DNA of 63,023 bases, counting the filler, from Licmophora abbreviata (taxonomy: Eukaryota): assembly GCA_900291995.1 (NCBI GenBank). It is 14 parts of 14 records of this genome, joined end to end, with 100 filler letters (N's around TTAATTAATTAA, not from the genome) between each part and the next. Parts side by side here need not be neighbours in the genome. Positions count along the whole stretch, not along the records: positions 21,493 to 31,177 come from OLMU01004815.1; positions 31,278 to 32,329 come from OLMU01004816.1; positions 32,430 to 37,606 come from OLMU01004817.1; 11 more parts are not named here. The stretch is one strand, 5' to 3'. The notes under the pieces were generated by a model. The model was not told where the DNA came from. It made no database searches and saw nothing but the letters and a program-made list of their open reading frames with translations. The translations under genes and the position numbers were made by a program. Of the stretch, positions 24,132 to 36,167 are shown piece by piece; within the stretch, counting starts at the first letter, position 1; each line of letters begins with the position of its first letter.

Positions 24132-24463
24132 GATGACTTGAAACGTTGCTGAAGCAGCGTATTGAAAAGTGAGCTAATGGGGGATGAGTTTTTGCGGCGT
24201 CCTTGCACTCCGTATGGCGTCTTCCATTCCCACACGGCTGAAATCAATCGTGGGGGACCAAAGGGCATTCAAAAATTAGAAAGAGAATCTTGTCGGATGG
24301 GAATCTTGCTTTTTCTCAATTTCTCAGTTTGAGCTGAGGCAACGATAAGTAAGTGGTAAGGTATTTTATGTAGACCCAGTACTGCATTGTACACAGAATC
24401 CCTTCATCCGCACATCTCTTGTCGACACTCCAAAACAAACGCTCCAAATAGACGTATCTCACC

Positions 24464-25003
24464 ATGGCGGAAAAAGAAGGCAAGGATGCGAATCCCATGA
24501 AGGAAATCAAGGTGGACAAGCTCATCTTGAACTGTTGTGTGGGCGAGAGTGGCGATCGTTTGACGCGTGCGGCCCGTGTGCTCGAACAGCTCACAGGACA
24601 GCAGCCCGTCTACAGCAAGGCCCGCTACACCCTGCGCGGTTTCGGTATTCGTCGTAACGAAAAGATTGCCGTCCACGTGACGGTCCGGGGTGAAAAGGCC
24701 TTGGAGATCCTGGAGCGTGGATTGAAAGTGAAGGAATACGAACTTTTGCAACAGAACTTCTCTGCCACTGGAAACTTTGGCTTTGGTATCAACGAGCACA
24801 TTGATTTGGGTATCAAGTACGATCCTACCACGGGCATTTACGGCATGGACTTTTTTGTCTGCTTGACTCGTCCGGGTGCCAGAGTCGCCAGGCGGAAGGT
24901 GCGAAAGGGTCGTATTGGGTTTGGCCACAAGATTACGAAGGAAGATTCCATCAAATGGTTCCAAGACAAGTTTGAGGGTGTCGTTCTCGCCGCCCCTCCA
25001 TAG
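24464..25003 (+). CDS. RPL11: 60S ribosomal protein L11 (uL5)
   Basis: [51 protein letters not shown] and [15 protein letters not shown]. Confidence 0.98.
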   Translation: MAEKEGKDANPMKEIKVDKLILNCCVGESGDRLTRAARVLEQLTGQQPVYSKARYTLRGFGIRRNEKIAVHVTVRGEKALEILERGLKVKEYELLQQNFSATGNFGFGINEHIDLGIKYDPTTGIYGMDFFVCLTRPGARVARRKVRKGRIGFGHKITKEDSIKWFQDKFEGVVLAAPP

Positions 25004-25308
25004 AGGGTCGACACACGAAGTAAACTAGTACTATTCAGCAGAAAGCCTAATACGTGCAATGCAGTAGATGATATCGTGCAAGACTTCTTTCCCTCGCCTA
25101 GTTCAAACTACGGTCGCTAGTTTCCGGTCGTACCAGGTACCCGTAGCACATACTAGTAAAATAGTACCTGGTACTTCGTACCAGCTAGCTGAACATACGG
25201 CAGAAACCGGATTGGCATCTAGAAGACAGCGCACAACATCACAAGTATCCACGTCTCCTTAGTTTGATTACAGTGCAGTTTTCCTCATGGGCTGCACATC
25301 GCAACGGA

Positions 25309-27715
25309 CTAGACCGTCGTTGGTGGGTGTCCAGAGTCGTCAATGGTGCTTGTCGTCTCATTGTCTACCTCGTGAACGGTATCATTAGGCCGCTGAAGGA
25401 CATTCGGTTCCGTCTTGTCACGTCCAAACGACAACACGGCACGTGCAAAACCTCGAAGACGATATTTGCGTTCCTTGATAATCTTCAGGCTCTCTGACAA
25501 GTTTCGACTCGACAAGGAACTGTCGTCTTCCAAGATCCATCGGTTGCACAAAGCCTGTTCTGCGGTGAGCCGCTTGAGAGGGTCGACCATCAACAGCCCT
25601 CGAATCAAGTTCATGGCGTCGTCCGAAATGTGTTTCCAGTCACCCTCAAGGAACTCGTACTGGCCTGTGCGGATCTTTTGAAAGAGTTCCTTCTGGTTGT
25701 CTTCCATAAAGGGCGGGTAACCTACAAGGAGAACGAACGTAATGACGCCCACGCTCCACATGTCGGTGGCATTATCGTGTGGGACGTTTTTGAGAATCTC
25801 GGGAGAAACATAGGTCGGCGTTCCACAACGTGTTGTGAGAGATCGGGGAGTATGTACGCGGCGAGCAAAGCCAAAGTCTCCAACTTTGATGTCGGCGTCG
25901 TCGTCTTTGCTCTGCAGGAAAGGGGTGAAAGGCAGAACATTTTGCGTGAGCGCCCGACATTGAACATGGCCGAGACGAAGAACTCGCAATACAAGCAAAG
26001 ATACGTCCATAGCACACTGCATACCTTCAATAGCAGATTCTGTGGCTTGAGATCGCGGTGTGCGACGCCATGTTCGTGAATAAACTTGCATACCTTGAGC
26101 AGGATACGGATCAAATCACGCGCGTCCTTTTCGGTATAGCGGGTCTTCTCCACGATCCGATCAAACACATCACCACCTCGCATCAGTTCCATGACAATAA
26201 AGAAGTAATCAGGCTCCTCGTAAAAGTCCACCACCTGCACAATGTGCTGGTACTCGAGAGACTGGACGATGGCAACTTCATTCAACACAGCCTCATCTTC
26301 TGTCGGCTTGAGCCCATCTCTGGCGATGACCTTGACAGCATATTCATCGCCGGTCGCCCGATTCACGCACTCCCACACCGTGGCAAAAGAGCCTTTCCGA
26401 ATCTTTGTCTTGAGCTCGTACGAGTCTCGAAACAGCAATTTCTTCTTTTCCTTGGGCGGGCTGTCGGGGGCTGCCTTTTCCAGTTCTTCCTTGAAGGACT
26501 GGTCCCAGTCACTGAGTTGTTGGGCAAAGGTCACGTTGTCAGTATTCCAAAAGTTCGCCGTCATCATCCATCGAACTGCCTTGACGGCTCCTTTGAGACT
26601 GCGCCGAGCATGGAACTCCTTCATTTCGGAAAGCGAGGAAGACAAGTCATTCTCCGACAAGCTCGTGTCCTTCATCTTAAGCCAGTCGCATTCCAAAGCT
26701 TCCTGTGCAGTGCATCGAAACTCGGGATCAACTGTCAGTAAGGACGCAATGAGCTGCTTGCACTCAATTGATGCTTGTCCCCAGTACGCATCGTGAAAGA
26801 CGTAGTCACCGGCACGAATCTTGCGAAACAATCCACGATGATGTTCGTCTCGAAAGGGTGGATCTGATGAGTGAGGGAGAAAGAGAAGAGACAAACCATC
26901 ATAGAGAGAATTGTCAGATGATGCGTTTCCCTTGGTAGAGTCACACCAAACCTGTTCACTCCCATGTAGTACTCACAGCCTCCAATCAACAGGTACAAAA
27001 TGACGCCGACGCCCCACATGTCAACCGTTTCCGTATATTCTTCTCCAATCAAGACTTCCGGCGCCACAAAGGCCGGTGTGCCACAGCGGGTCTTTAAAAA
27101 CTCCCCCGCAGGACACTTCTTCGCAAATCCAAAGTCGGCGACCAAGATGTTGGTATCCGAGATCTCATCGTGCAGCAATAGATTTTCCGTTTTCAAATCG
27201 CGATGGACATATCGTCTGCTGTGAATGTCCGCGATAGTTTTCAACAAGGCCTTTGCCACCTTTCGTGCATCCGATTCTGTGTAGGTCTTGCGGTGTGCCA
27301 ATCGATCAAACAAGTCGCCGCCTCGGGCGAACTGCTGCACGACGTAGAAAGTGCCGGGGGTGACGAAGAAATCCAATAGTTCCACCACGCCCTGGACGCT
27401 GCGCAGGTCCATCAAGACGGACACTTCGCGAAAGACAGCATCGTCGTCTTTCTTTTTTAACTTGCTTCGATCAATGACCTTGGCTGCGTACTCTCTGCTG
27501 CGTGTCCCCTCCTCGGCTTCTTGCGTTACACAGACATAAACGGTACCGTACGATCCAGACCTTAGCTTTTGGGTGAGCCGATAAGAATTCTCAAAATTGA
27601 GAGTCTTTTGTTTTTTCATGCGCTCTTCCTTTTCGCCCTCTAGTGTAAACCCCACAGCAGGTTTCGAGGATTGACTAGAGGAGTCCTTGGGGTGAGCGGA
27701 AAGCGACGAAGACAT
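25309..27715 (-). CDS. Ser/Thr protein kinase with two tandem CaMK-like catalytic domains; introns 26864-26976 and 25912-26024
   Basis: Domain 1: GSYG, YAAK, HRDLKTEN, DFG, CGTPAFVAPE. Domain 2: GSFA, YAVK, HRDLKPQN, DFG, CGTPTYVSPE. The GT-AG introns restore GGYPPF and LLK|SKDDD. Confidence 0.92.
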
Positions 27716-28289
27716 GCTGGAGGACTCTCAATCTCAACCGGAGATTGATTTCATTGCTGTCGGACATCAAGAAGTTCGGCCATCACTTTCGGATCGGCGA
27801 AGATTCCTTCCATGCCGAGTGTCACATCGGGATGAGAGCTTGAGAGCTCGTATGTTCGGACGATGTACAGACTCAACTTGAGAAGTGCGTCAGATTTTTT
27901 TGATTGGTATGCTCTCCAGCGTACTTGACCAAAACATGAAATGAAATCGATAACAGAGATTTCAGCAATGACGCTCAGGAGTGGTTTGAGGTTTGAAATT
28001 TCGACTGAAATCTTTGGGCAAATGCAACATCAACATCACCAATCAACTTGTTGTCGTTGCATCACCAGAGGGACCCTCTTGTTGCTTGTGTCGTGTCGTT
28101 GAGGAGACAAGCCCCAGGACAGCAGCAGCGACCGTCTTTTGCGCGTCGAGAGAGTCTCTTTCTGTCATTGACCTTCTCAATTTCATTTGAGATTGCAGTG
28201 AATCTTTTCGCGTCCGATCCGAAAAAAATCTTTACAATCATCACAGTAGGTCGCGAACCCTGCTACTCGTAGACTAGTGGAAATTTATC

Positions 28290-31200
28290 ATGAAGTACAC
28301 TTCCGTGGCACTATCGGTGGCTTTCATGGGAGGGCTAGAGGCGTTTCGACTTCCGCAGTTACGTCGGTCCATGCCCTTGTCCGTGTCGCCGTACCGAGGG
28401 ACCAGCCATACAGACATTGCTCCCTTGTTCATGACGCCGCCAGATGGCAGCGACGAGAAGGATGCCCCGACGCCTTCTGAAGACTCTGCTGCATCGCCAC
28501 CCAAAGTGGAACCCGTACCAAAGGCTATGACAGCAGATCCACCCAAACCCCCTCCGAACGCAGCCATGGAGGCACAGAAACGCTTGAACGATGCCAAGGC
28601 TCGTGCCCAACAAACCGAGAAACTGACCGAGGCAGCCTGGAGTGCTGCCAGTGGATTGTTGCTGGGAGGTATCTTGGGAGAAGTGGCGCTTGTTCAGCTT
28701 CCAGATCTAGTGGATATCGCCGGTGGCAATGCGCTCGTGCCGCCGCTCGTGACGGGAGCCTTGCTGGGAGGTGCGGCCTTTGCGGGTGCCAATAGTGATT
28801 CACCAGCGTCTCCCATTGTCCGCAATACGCTCGGCAAGTCCTTGCAGGGGCTCTTTGCAGCCTTGGGGAATGCGATCAAGGATAAGGCTAAGGAAACGGT
28901 GGACGAGATTGCCAAACTTCCCGAAAAGGTAGCGGAGAGTGCCAAGGAAAAGGCCAAAGAGACGGCGGAGGAAATCGTCAAGATTCCGGGGCGAGTTTCA
29001 GAAGCGGCGAAAGAAAAGGCTCAAGAGACAGCCGAAGACATCTCTAGAATTCCGGGGAAGGTTTCGGAGGCTGCCAGGGAAAGAGCAAAGGAGACGGCAG
29101 AGGAGATTGCTCGGATTCCGGAAAAAGTGTCTGAAGCAGCCAAAGAGAGGGCTCAAGAGACAGCCGACGAGCTAGCTGCCATTCCCGACAAGATCAAGGA
29201 AGCGGCCAAAGAAAAGGCTCAGGAAACGGCCGATGAAATAGCCAGGATTCCGGAGAAGGTATCGGAGGCAGCAAAAGAAAAGGCAACGGAGATTGTCGAG
29301 GAGGCCAAGGCAACGCCTGGTCGAGTCGCCGAATCTACGAAACGAGCTATCGAAGAGACTGTTGAGGAGGTCGTGGAGGACGTCAAGGCCATCCCAAAAA
29401 AGACCATTACGCAGGTGGAGTCTGCCATTGCGGACGTTATACCGATGGAAAACATGCCAAAGTTGCCAGAGCCCCCCAAGGCACCTCCGGCACTCTTCGA
29501 AGAGAGTAAAGTGGCACCACCAAAGGCTGAAGCACCGAAACCGCCCAAACCACCCCAGGAGGCACCAAAGTTCAACTTGCCCAAGGTGGAGCCACCGAAA
29601 GTGGAAATTCCAAAAGTTAGTCTACCAAAGGTACCAAAACCGCCAAAGGCGCCTCCAAAGAAGGATGATGATTTTGTATTTAGCGAGGTGTCTCTGAAGC
29701 AGTTTGTTGGTCAAGTGAAAGGCAGCGAGACGAAGGGAGTAGATCGGGCAGAGCAAAAGAAGGAACAGGAACGGGCATCAGCGGCTAGAGCTGTAGAGGA
29801 GAAACGAAGGGCGGCGGATGCTGAGCGGAAGGCCGCTGCGGCGAAAGCGGCTGACGAACGTCTTGCCAAGAGTCGTACGGCGGCTGAGGCCAAGAAAAGG
29901 GTGGCTGAGGAAAAGCGGGCTGCCGCCGAAGCCGCGGCGGAGGCACGGGAAGAGCGGCGTCTTGAGGCTGAGGCCAAACGGCTGGAGGCTGAGGAAAAGC
30001 GGGCGGCTGCTCAGGCGGCCAAGGAAGCACGGGTGAGCACAGCTCCTTCCCTACCAAGGCCGACGCTTTCATTGACATCGTTGTTTGGTGTGGAACAAAC
30101 TGAAGAGGTTGCGTCTACCCCTACAGCAAAGAACATCCCCGCTGCCCCACGTGGGGTTCCCACTTTAACGAGCTGGCGACAAAATAGCGATGGCTCCATC
30201 ACCGGAAAGATTAGTGGTTCTCGAAGCTTTGATGATGGCGACACAGTCACGACATCTCCTATTCGAGGAGAACCAGGCGAAGGAGCGCTCGTGCAAACTG
30301 GGTCTGGATCAAAGTAAGTGCAATGATGTTCGCCTCGCAATTGTCTTGTGACGTGACTTTGCCATCTCTCACCATCGGGGCCGTCTGCGTAGATACTTTT
30401 TGGCGACAAAAACTTCAGGGGGTCTATTCAGTCTCTTCGGGGGAGGAGGCGCGCCAGCTACACCCAAAAAGACAGGACAGGCTGGAGAAGCGAAACGGCA
30501 AGCTGCCATACGAGCTAGGCAGGCAGAAGAAAGTACGGAATCGGCGCAGCCTAGATCTACTTTTTCTTTGTCGGCTCTTTTTGGGTCAGGTTCAGAGGTG
30601 GAGGAAGAAGAAGACGAAACCCCGGCGAGGCCGACAGTGCAGCCAAGAAAGATGTCTGCAGCTCCTCGAGGGGTTCCGACGATCACGAGTTGGAGGCAGA
30701 ATCGCGATGGCTCGATATCTGGAAAAATTTCGGGCTCCAAGAGCTTTACAGATGGCGAAGCAGTGACAACCTCGCCCGTTGGCGGTGACGCTACTGGCGG
30801 TGCAGTTGTTTCAACTTCCTCGGGATCCCGGTGAGTTCTGATTTCGGGGTATTGAAGTCTTAGCGTTGGGAGTATGCTGATCTAGCCATCTTTTTGTCGA
30901 TGCTTGGTGCAGGTACTATCTGGAAGAAAAAGCTGGAAAGTCTGAAGGAGGCATTCTTAGTCTTTTCGGTGGAAAATCCTCTCCTTCCGGTACGAGTGCG
31001 GAGGAGCGAGACGAGCGAAGGTGGCCGAGGCGGAGGCTCGTCGAATCAAAGCACAGGTTGCAGCCGAAGAGCGCCGTCAAGAGCAGGAAGAGCGATCGAG
31101 AGCCGCACAGGCAAGTGCAGAGTCCGCTAGGGCTGCAGCAGAGCAAAAGAAGCAGGCTCGTGCTGCGGAGATCGAGGNNNNNNNNNNNNNNNNNNNNNNN

Positions 31201-32329
31201 NNNNNNNNNNNNNNNNNNNNNTTAATTAATTAANNNNNNNNNNNNNNNNNNNNNNNNNNNNNNNNNNNNNNNNNNNNGCATTGAAGCCGAACGCGCCGCC
31301 GAAGAGAGACGCAGAGAGGCTGATAGAAAGCGAGCCGAAGCAGCTGCGACGGCGGAGGCTAAGAGAAAGGAAGCCGAGGCAAAGCGTGCAGCCGCTGCAA
31401 GGGTTAAGGCGGATAATTCTTCTCCACTGAAACAGAGGGCTACGTTCTCACTGTTCGGAACCGGTCAACCACAAGTTGAAACACCGGCTCGTGCTCCTGT
31501 GCCAGCCAAAAAAGCGGCTCAAGCCCCGAGAGGGGTACCGACAATCACAAGCTGGCGACAAAACCGCGATGGGTCCATATCTGGCCGTATATCTGGCTCG
31601 CCAAGTTTCGAAGAAGGCGAAGCAGTGACGACGTCCCCAATAGTTGGCGAGGCCACTAGTGGTTCTGTTGCCCGAACAGCATCAGGATCGAGGTAAGAGC
31701 GTCTGCCGTCACCTCCCGATCGAATATTCCTCTTGTATGTGCTTCTGATGTCGGATTCTTTTTTTCGTTTCATTGCAGATACTTCTTGGCCGATCCAGGC
31801 TCCCAGGGGTTCAGTCTGTTCGGCGGAGGCTCGCCTTCTTCGGACACGGGCAAATCTGCAGCTGAGAAAGCTGCTGAAGAGCGCCGGCGAAAGATCGAAC
31901 AAAATAAAGAGGCCGCACTCGCTGCTGCGGAAGCTCGTCGTGTCGCAGCTGAGGAGAAACGAGTTGCTGCGGCGGCAGCAGCACAGACAAAGAGGCAGGA
32001 AGCCGAAACGAAGAAGGCTGCTGCAGTCAAGGCACGACAGCCGGCGAAACAGACTCCCAACTTTTCTTCTTCCCGTCCAACAATTACCCTTTTTAGCTCC
32101 GGACCGGCTCCAAAAACAGCAGAGGCGCCACGTGGTGTACCGACGATTGTGGCGTGGAGACAGCGAGGCGATGGTATGTACTCCCAAGTGTGCTGGTGTT
32201 TTCGTTTGCGTCTGTCGAGTCTTTCGCTTACATTTTTCTGTGCGTGTGTAACTCAGGCGGCGTTACTGGAAAGATTTACGGTTCACCCAATTTTAACGAG
32301 GGAGAAAAAGTAGAGACATCGCCTATTGT
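28290..32329 (+). CDS. Large probably plastid-targeted repeat protein: TM hairpin, 22-aa amphipathic repeats, Pro-rich region, Ala/Glu/Arg coiled coils and at least 4 copies of a ~60-aa beta-domain; introns 30314-30392, 30831-30912, 31693-31778, 32174-32256; 3' end in gap
   Basis: Leader MKYTSVALSVAFMGGLEA|F. Domain consensus APRGVPTIxxWRQNxDGSIxGxISGSxxFxxGExVTTSPI...GxxVxTxSGS(K/R)Y(F/Y)L. Canonical GT-AG introns keep the frame. Continuity across gap 31178-31277 is inferred. Confidence 0.85.
28878..29400 (+). repeat. Coding tandem repeat, about 8 x 66 bp (22 aa, KEKAKETAEEIARIPEKVSEAA)
   Basis: Proline-punctuated 22-mers directly visible in the translation. Confidence 0.9.
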
Positions 32330-32807
32330 NNNNNNNNNNNNNNNNNNNNNNNNNNNNNNNNNNNNNNNNNNNNTTAATTAATTAANNNNNNNNNNNNNNN
32401 NNNNNNNNNNNNNNNNNNNNNNNNNNNNNGTAGTCTATATATCAGTCACACCAAATTTGTTAAAGACTGATCCGAATATCAGGACATATGACCACTAAAT
32501 AAGCCCGAACACCTGCTCTTTGCTCGTGCAAAAAACCGCGATTGGTATCGCCAAGTCTCCTCGATGACTGTCACACAACCTCAGTTGACTGTCAACTTGG
32601 CGAGACCCTGGTGCCGTTGGTTGCCTTTCAAGGTTTTAAACTGTGTTTCAAGTGTCTAAGGTGCAAGCCTGGTGATATCTTTCCTGAATCAAGCTCCAAA
32701 GAGGCACAAGAAAAAGTCCTGGATCGCGAGTCGAGCAGGTGCTCGAAAAGGCAAATTTAGCGAGTGATCGGAAGTCAGAAGATACATTTCGCATTCTCCT
32801 CTTCACC

Positions 32808-34070
32808 ATGAACCGTCACGTCGTCATCCCGGATGTCAACATGGACGACGAGGCATCCTGCTACTCTAACGAGGCACGAACGGCGGGGGGCTACAGCAGC
32901 GGAATTTACCAGCCTGGCAGCGGTCGACCCGGTTATCCCCGTACAGTAGGAGCGCCGGTGGGAGGAGCTGCCTCCGTCTCGTCGTCTGACCCCGAAGTCG
33001 TCTCTGTCAAGCGCGATCGAGAGCGGGAGGGTCGCTGTGGAGACTGTGGTGTGCAGACGCACGAGTTTCGGGTGGACCCTCAGTCCGGACAGCATTCCAA
33101 GATGGCCCTGAACGTGGAGGGCGAGGTCCATCGCGGACGGTGTCTCTTCTGTCATCCTCTTCCGGCCAAGCATAATCCTGCACTGACCAACGTCGTCTAC
33201 TCCTCGTCGCGGTCCATCAACTCCGTCTCTTCGCATGGGAATAACTCTGTACACAGTGCCGGTGGGCTTCCTCCGCTCCATGGTCGATTGGCTGCTCTTC
33301 ATCATGGAAGGAACATCTACCCCGACACGGTCGAGAGTAGGAGCGTCACGTCCACAGTGACGAGCAGCATCGTGGACGAGACGCTTCAAGGTCTCGAAGA
33401 AGGATCGTCTGACCTATTGGACGTCTTGACTGCCATGAGACATTTTCCTGATGAACGTCAGATTCAGGCTCGTGGTCTTGAGAAACTCTGGATCCAATCG
33501 TACGATGAAGAGAATTCTCTTGCCATTGGTCGCATCGGTGGCATCCCTACCATCCTCAATGCCATGACTACCTTCCCCGAATACTCCAACATACAGCAGT
33601 GTGGATGTGAGACACTGCAGAACTTGGCCGACAATGAATACAATCGCGATGCCATCGTCGAACACGGAGGCGTGAACGCCATTGTCAACGCCATGAACTA
33701 TCACGCTGAAGTCGTGGGCGTGCAACAGTGCGGATGCTCCGCCCTGGGCAACATGTCGAGTTCACCTCAGCACCAGCTGGACGTGGCCAACGCTGGTGGG
33801 ATTCATGCCATAGTCAACGCGGCACAGCGATTTCGCGACGAGGAAGGTGTCCTTCGAGCCGCCTATCAGGCTCTTCGATCGATGGGATACGATCCCAACC
33901 GTAATGGGAGCACTGCTGCCAGCGTCAGCCACGGTGTCGCTGAGGCGTCAAATGTAAAGGAACAACAGCAGGGTGACCCCATCCAGCAGGATGAACAGGT
34001 TGAAGGACAGGATGAGCAGAGTAAAGGGAACGCTGTCGTCTTGGATCAGCACGGATTTCCCATGAACTAG
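32808..34070 (+). CDS. Armadillo-repeat protein with N-terminal Cys4 module
   Basis: ARM-like units (GGIPTILNAMTTFP..IQQCGCETLQNLA; GGVNAIVNAM..VQQCGCSALGNM; GGIHAIVNAA) plus CGDC...CLFC. Confidence 0.8.
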   Translation: MNRHVVIPDVNMDDEASCYSNEARTAGGYSSGIYQPGSGRPGYPRTVGAPVGGAASVSSSDPEVVSVKRDREREGRCGDCGVQTHEFRVDPQSGQHSKMALNVEGEVHRGRCLFCHPLPAKHNPALTNVVYSSSRSINSVSSHGNNSVHSAGGLPPLHGRLAALHHGRNIYPDTVESRSVTSTVTSSIVDETLQGLEEGSSDLLDVLTAMRHFPDERQIQARGLEKLWIQSYDEENSLAIGRIGGIPTILNAMTTFPEYSNIQQCGCETLQNLADNEYNRDAIVEHGGVNAIVNAMNYHAEVVGVQQCGCSALGNMSSSPQHQLDVANAGGIHAIVNAAQRFRDEEGVLRAAYQALRSMGYDPNRNGSTAASVSHGVAEASNVKEQQQGDPIQQDEQVEGQDEQSKGNAVVLDQHGFPMN

Positions 34071-34709
34071 GAGATTGGGAGTAGTGGCCTGCCTCCGTCA
34101 GGAAAGTTTAAAGATTCATACACGAACGTGGGAAGCATTGATATTCATAAGAAGAAACGGGAAGTTAACTAACAACAAGTAGCAGTTATAGTAATTACCA
34201 GCTGAAACAACGACTCTCTCCATCGTATGGAAGAGAGAACATATGTACACAGATTGTACCGACGGTATCAAAGAGGGTGTCGATATCTAGGAATACTACA
34301 TCGCCTCCCGCCATCTCTGCCAGTCCGAGGAAGAAGCACCCCGGTTGGTTTTGGAATAGACAGAGACTAAAAGATTGTTCAACAAACGAGGAAAAGAAGG
34401 AGACGTATCGTGGACATAAACAAAAGGACTCTGGTCGGCCGGGTAGAGGAACGCATTTAAAAAAAACAAAGAAAATAGAATGCCGGTGCATGCCACGACA
34501 CAATTTCACACAAAGCCGCTCTTTTTAAAAGTTGCACCCTGTCTAACAACGGGCAGCTGATGAGTCAATATCGTTAAAAAGTGTACCCTGCACTGAAAAA
34601 CTCTCCAATTTCCTGTTCTGATGTGATTTAACTCGGACATCGAATCAAATTGAAATGAAACTCTTCTGCTAGAACGGTGGAGAAAAATGAGCTCGTTCGC
34701 GTCTGTCTT

Positions 34710-36167
34710 TCAATAAGGGCGGCTCATATTCCGTCGTCCTTCTCTACTCGGTGGTCGCCCCTGACCCCTGCCACGACCACTGCGGAAATCACCACCTCCG
34801 CGACCTCCTAGTCCGCCCCCGCGAGGTGGCCGCGGTCCTACTGGAATACTGACCCCATCTGGCGGAGGACGCGTATCGTACGATGCTTGCAAGACTTGTC
34901 CATTGGGAAAGACCAACGACTGGCGAGACGAAATTTCCACCAACCGGCCCGCATCTGCCGGAGACGCAACATCGACATGCGCAAAACACCACGTGGCATT
35001 GGGATCCAGATCGTATTCGATCGTGCAGCGTCGAACATTGATCGAATGTTCTTTGGAAAGAAAATGAGCCACATCCTTGAGAGTCACGTCGACTGGCAAG
35101 TTCTGTAAGAAAATCTGAGTGGAGTTCCGCGCGGGCGGTGGCGGTGGCGGTCGCTGCATCGCAGGCTGCTGCGAACCGTAACCTCCATTGTACTGTTGCG
35201 GTTGAGCGTAGGACGAGGAGTATGGCTGCGATCCGTATCCACCATTGTTGGAATAAGCCGAGTTGTCGTAACCGTACGCTCCCCCAGTAGGCTGCTGCTG
35301 CTGGGACGGCATATTGCCATATACCGGTTGTGCAGCGCCCGCGTCATAGTACGAGCCCTGCTGTTGGGATGCATAGCCACCACCGCCCATGGCATACGAA
35401 GACATGGGCGCTGCTGCCGCGTACGAGTCGTACTGCCCACCGGACTGCACTTGCTCCTGATCATACTGCCCGCCGTACGACTGTTGTTGCTGATCGTACT
35501 GCTGTCCAACGTAAGGCTGTTGTTGCTGCTGATCGTATTGCCCACCGTACGGCTGTTGCTGCTGCTGATCGTACTGTCCACCGTACGGCTGCTGCTGTTG
35601 CTCTTGCAACGCTGGACCATATGCACCCACTTGATGAGGAGGAGGAGGAGGCGCATGACTGTAGTGTTGCTGCTGCGCACCACCACCGACCGCATGATCA
35701 TCGTGCGACCGCTTGGAAGGGTCCCGCATGGGAAATGTCCGTTTCTGATCATTGCGCTGAAGCAGCTACCTGTGACTTTCCCATGAGACGAATGCGATTG
35801 TTGTGCGCTCTAGCAAATCGTTCGATTTCAGCATCGCCCTGCCTGTCGTACATGTAGAGAAAGCCGTATCCCTTGGACTTTTGCAGGCGATTGTCCCAAA
35901 TGATCTTGACGAAATTGACGGTTCCGAAGGTCTGTACAACAGTAATATAGTCCAATAAGGATATTCTCAAACAGTGAGCTGCTGTATAAGTACATCAGAG
36001 TATGACAGGGTGCCAAAACCACAAAAGAATAAACTTACACTGAAAAATTGCTTAATCTCCGCTGCTGTCGCTGAAAAAGGCAGACTTGCCAGAAACCACT
36101 TGAACGACTCATTCAGCGGCCCCAGGGCCACGTCTGGTTCCATCCCTCCAGTCCTCGAGCCACTCAT
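34710..36167 (-). CDS. RNA-binding protein: RRM - Q/Y/G-rich low-complexity region - RRM - RGG tail; intron 35932-36038; frame break near 35765
   Basis: RNP2 WFLASLP and RNP1 KGYGFLYM; second RRM IFLQNLP / FAHVDV; repeats QQQQQPYGGQYD; C-terminal RGG boxes. Confidence 0.78.
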
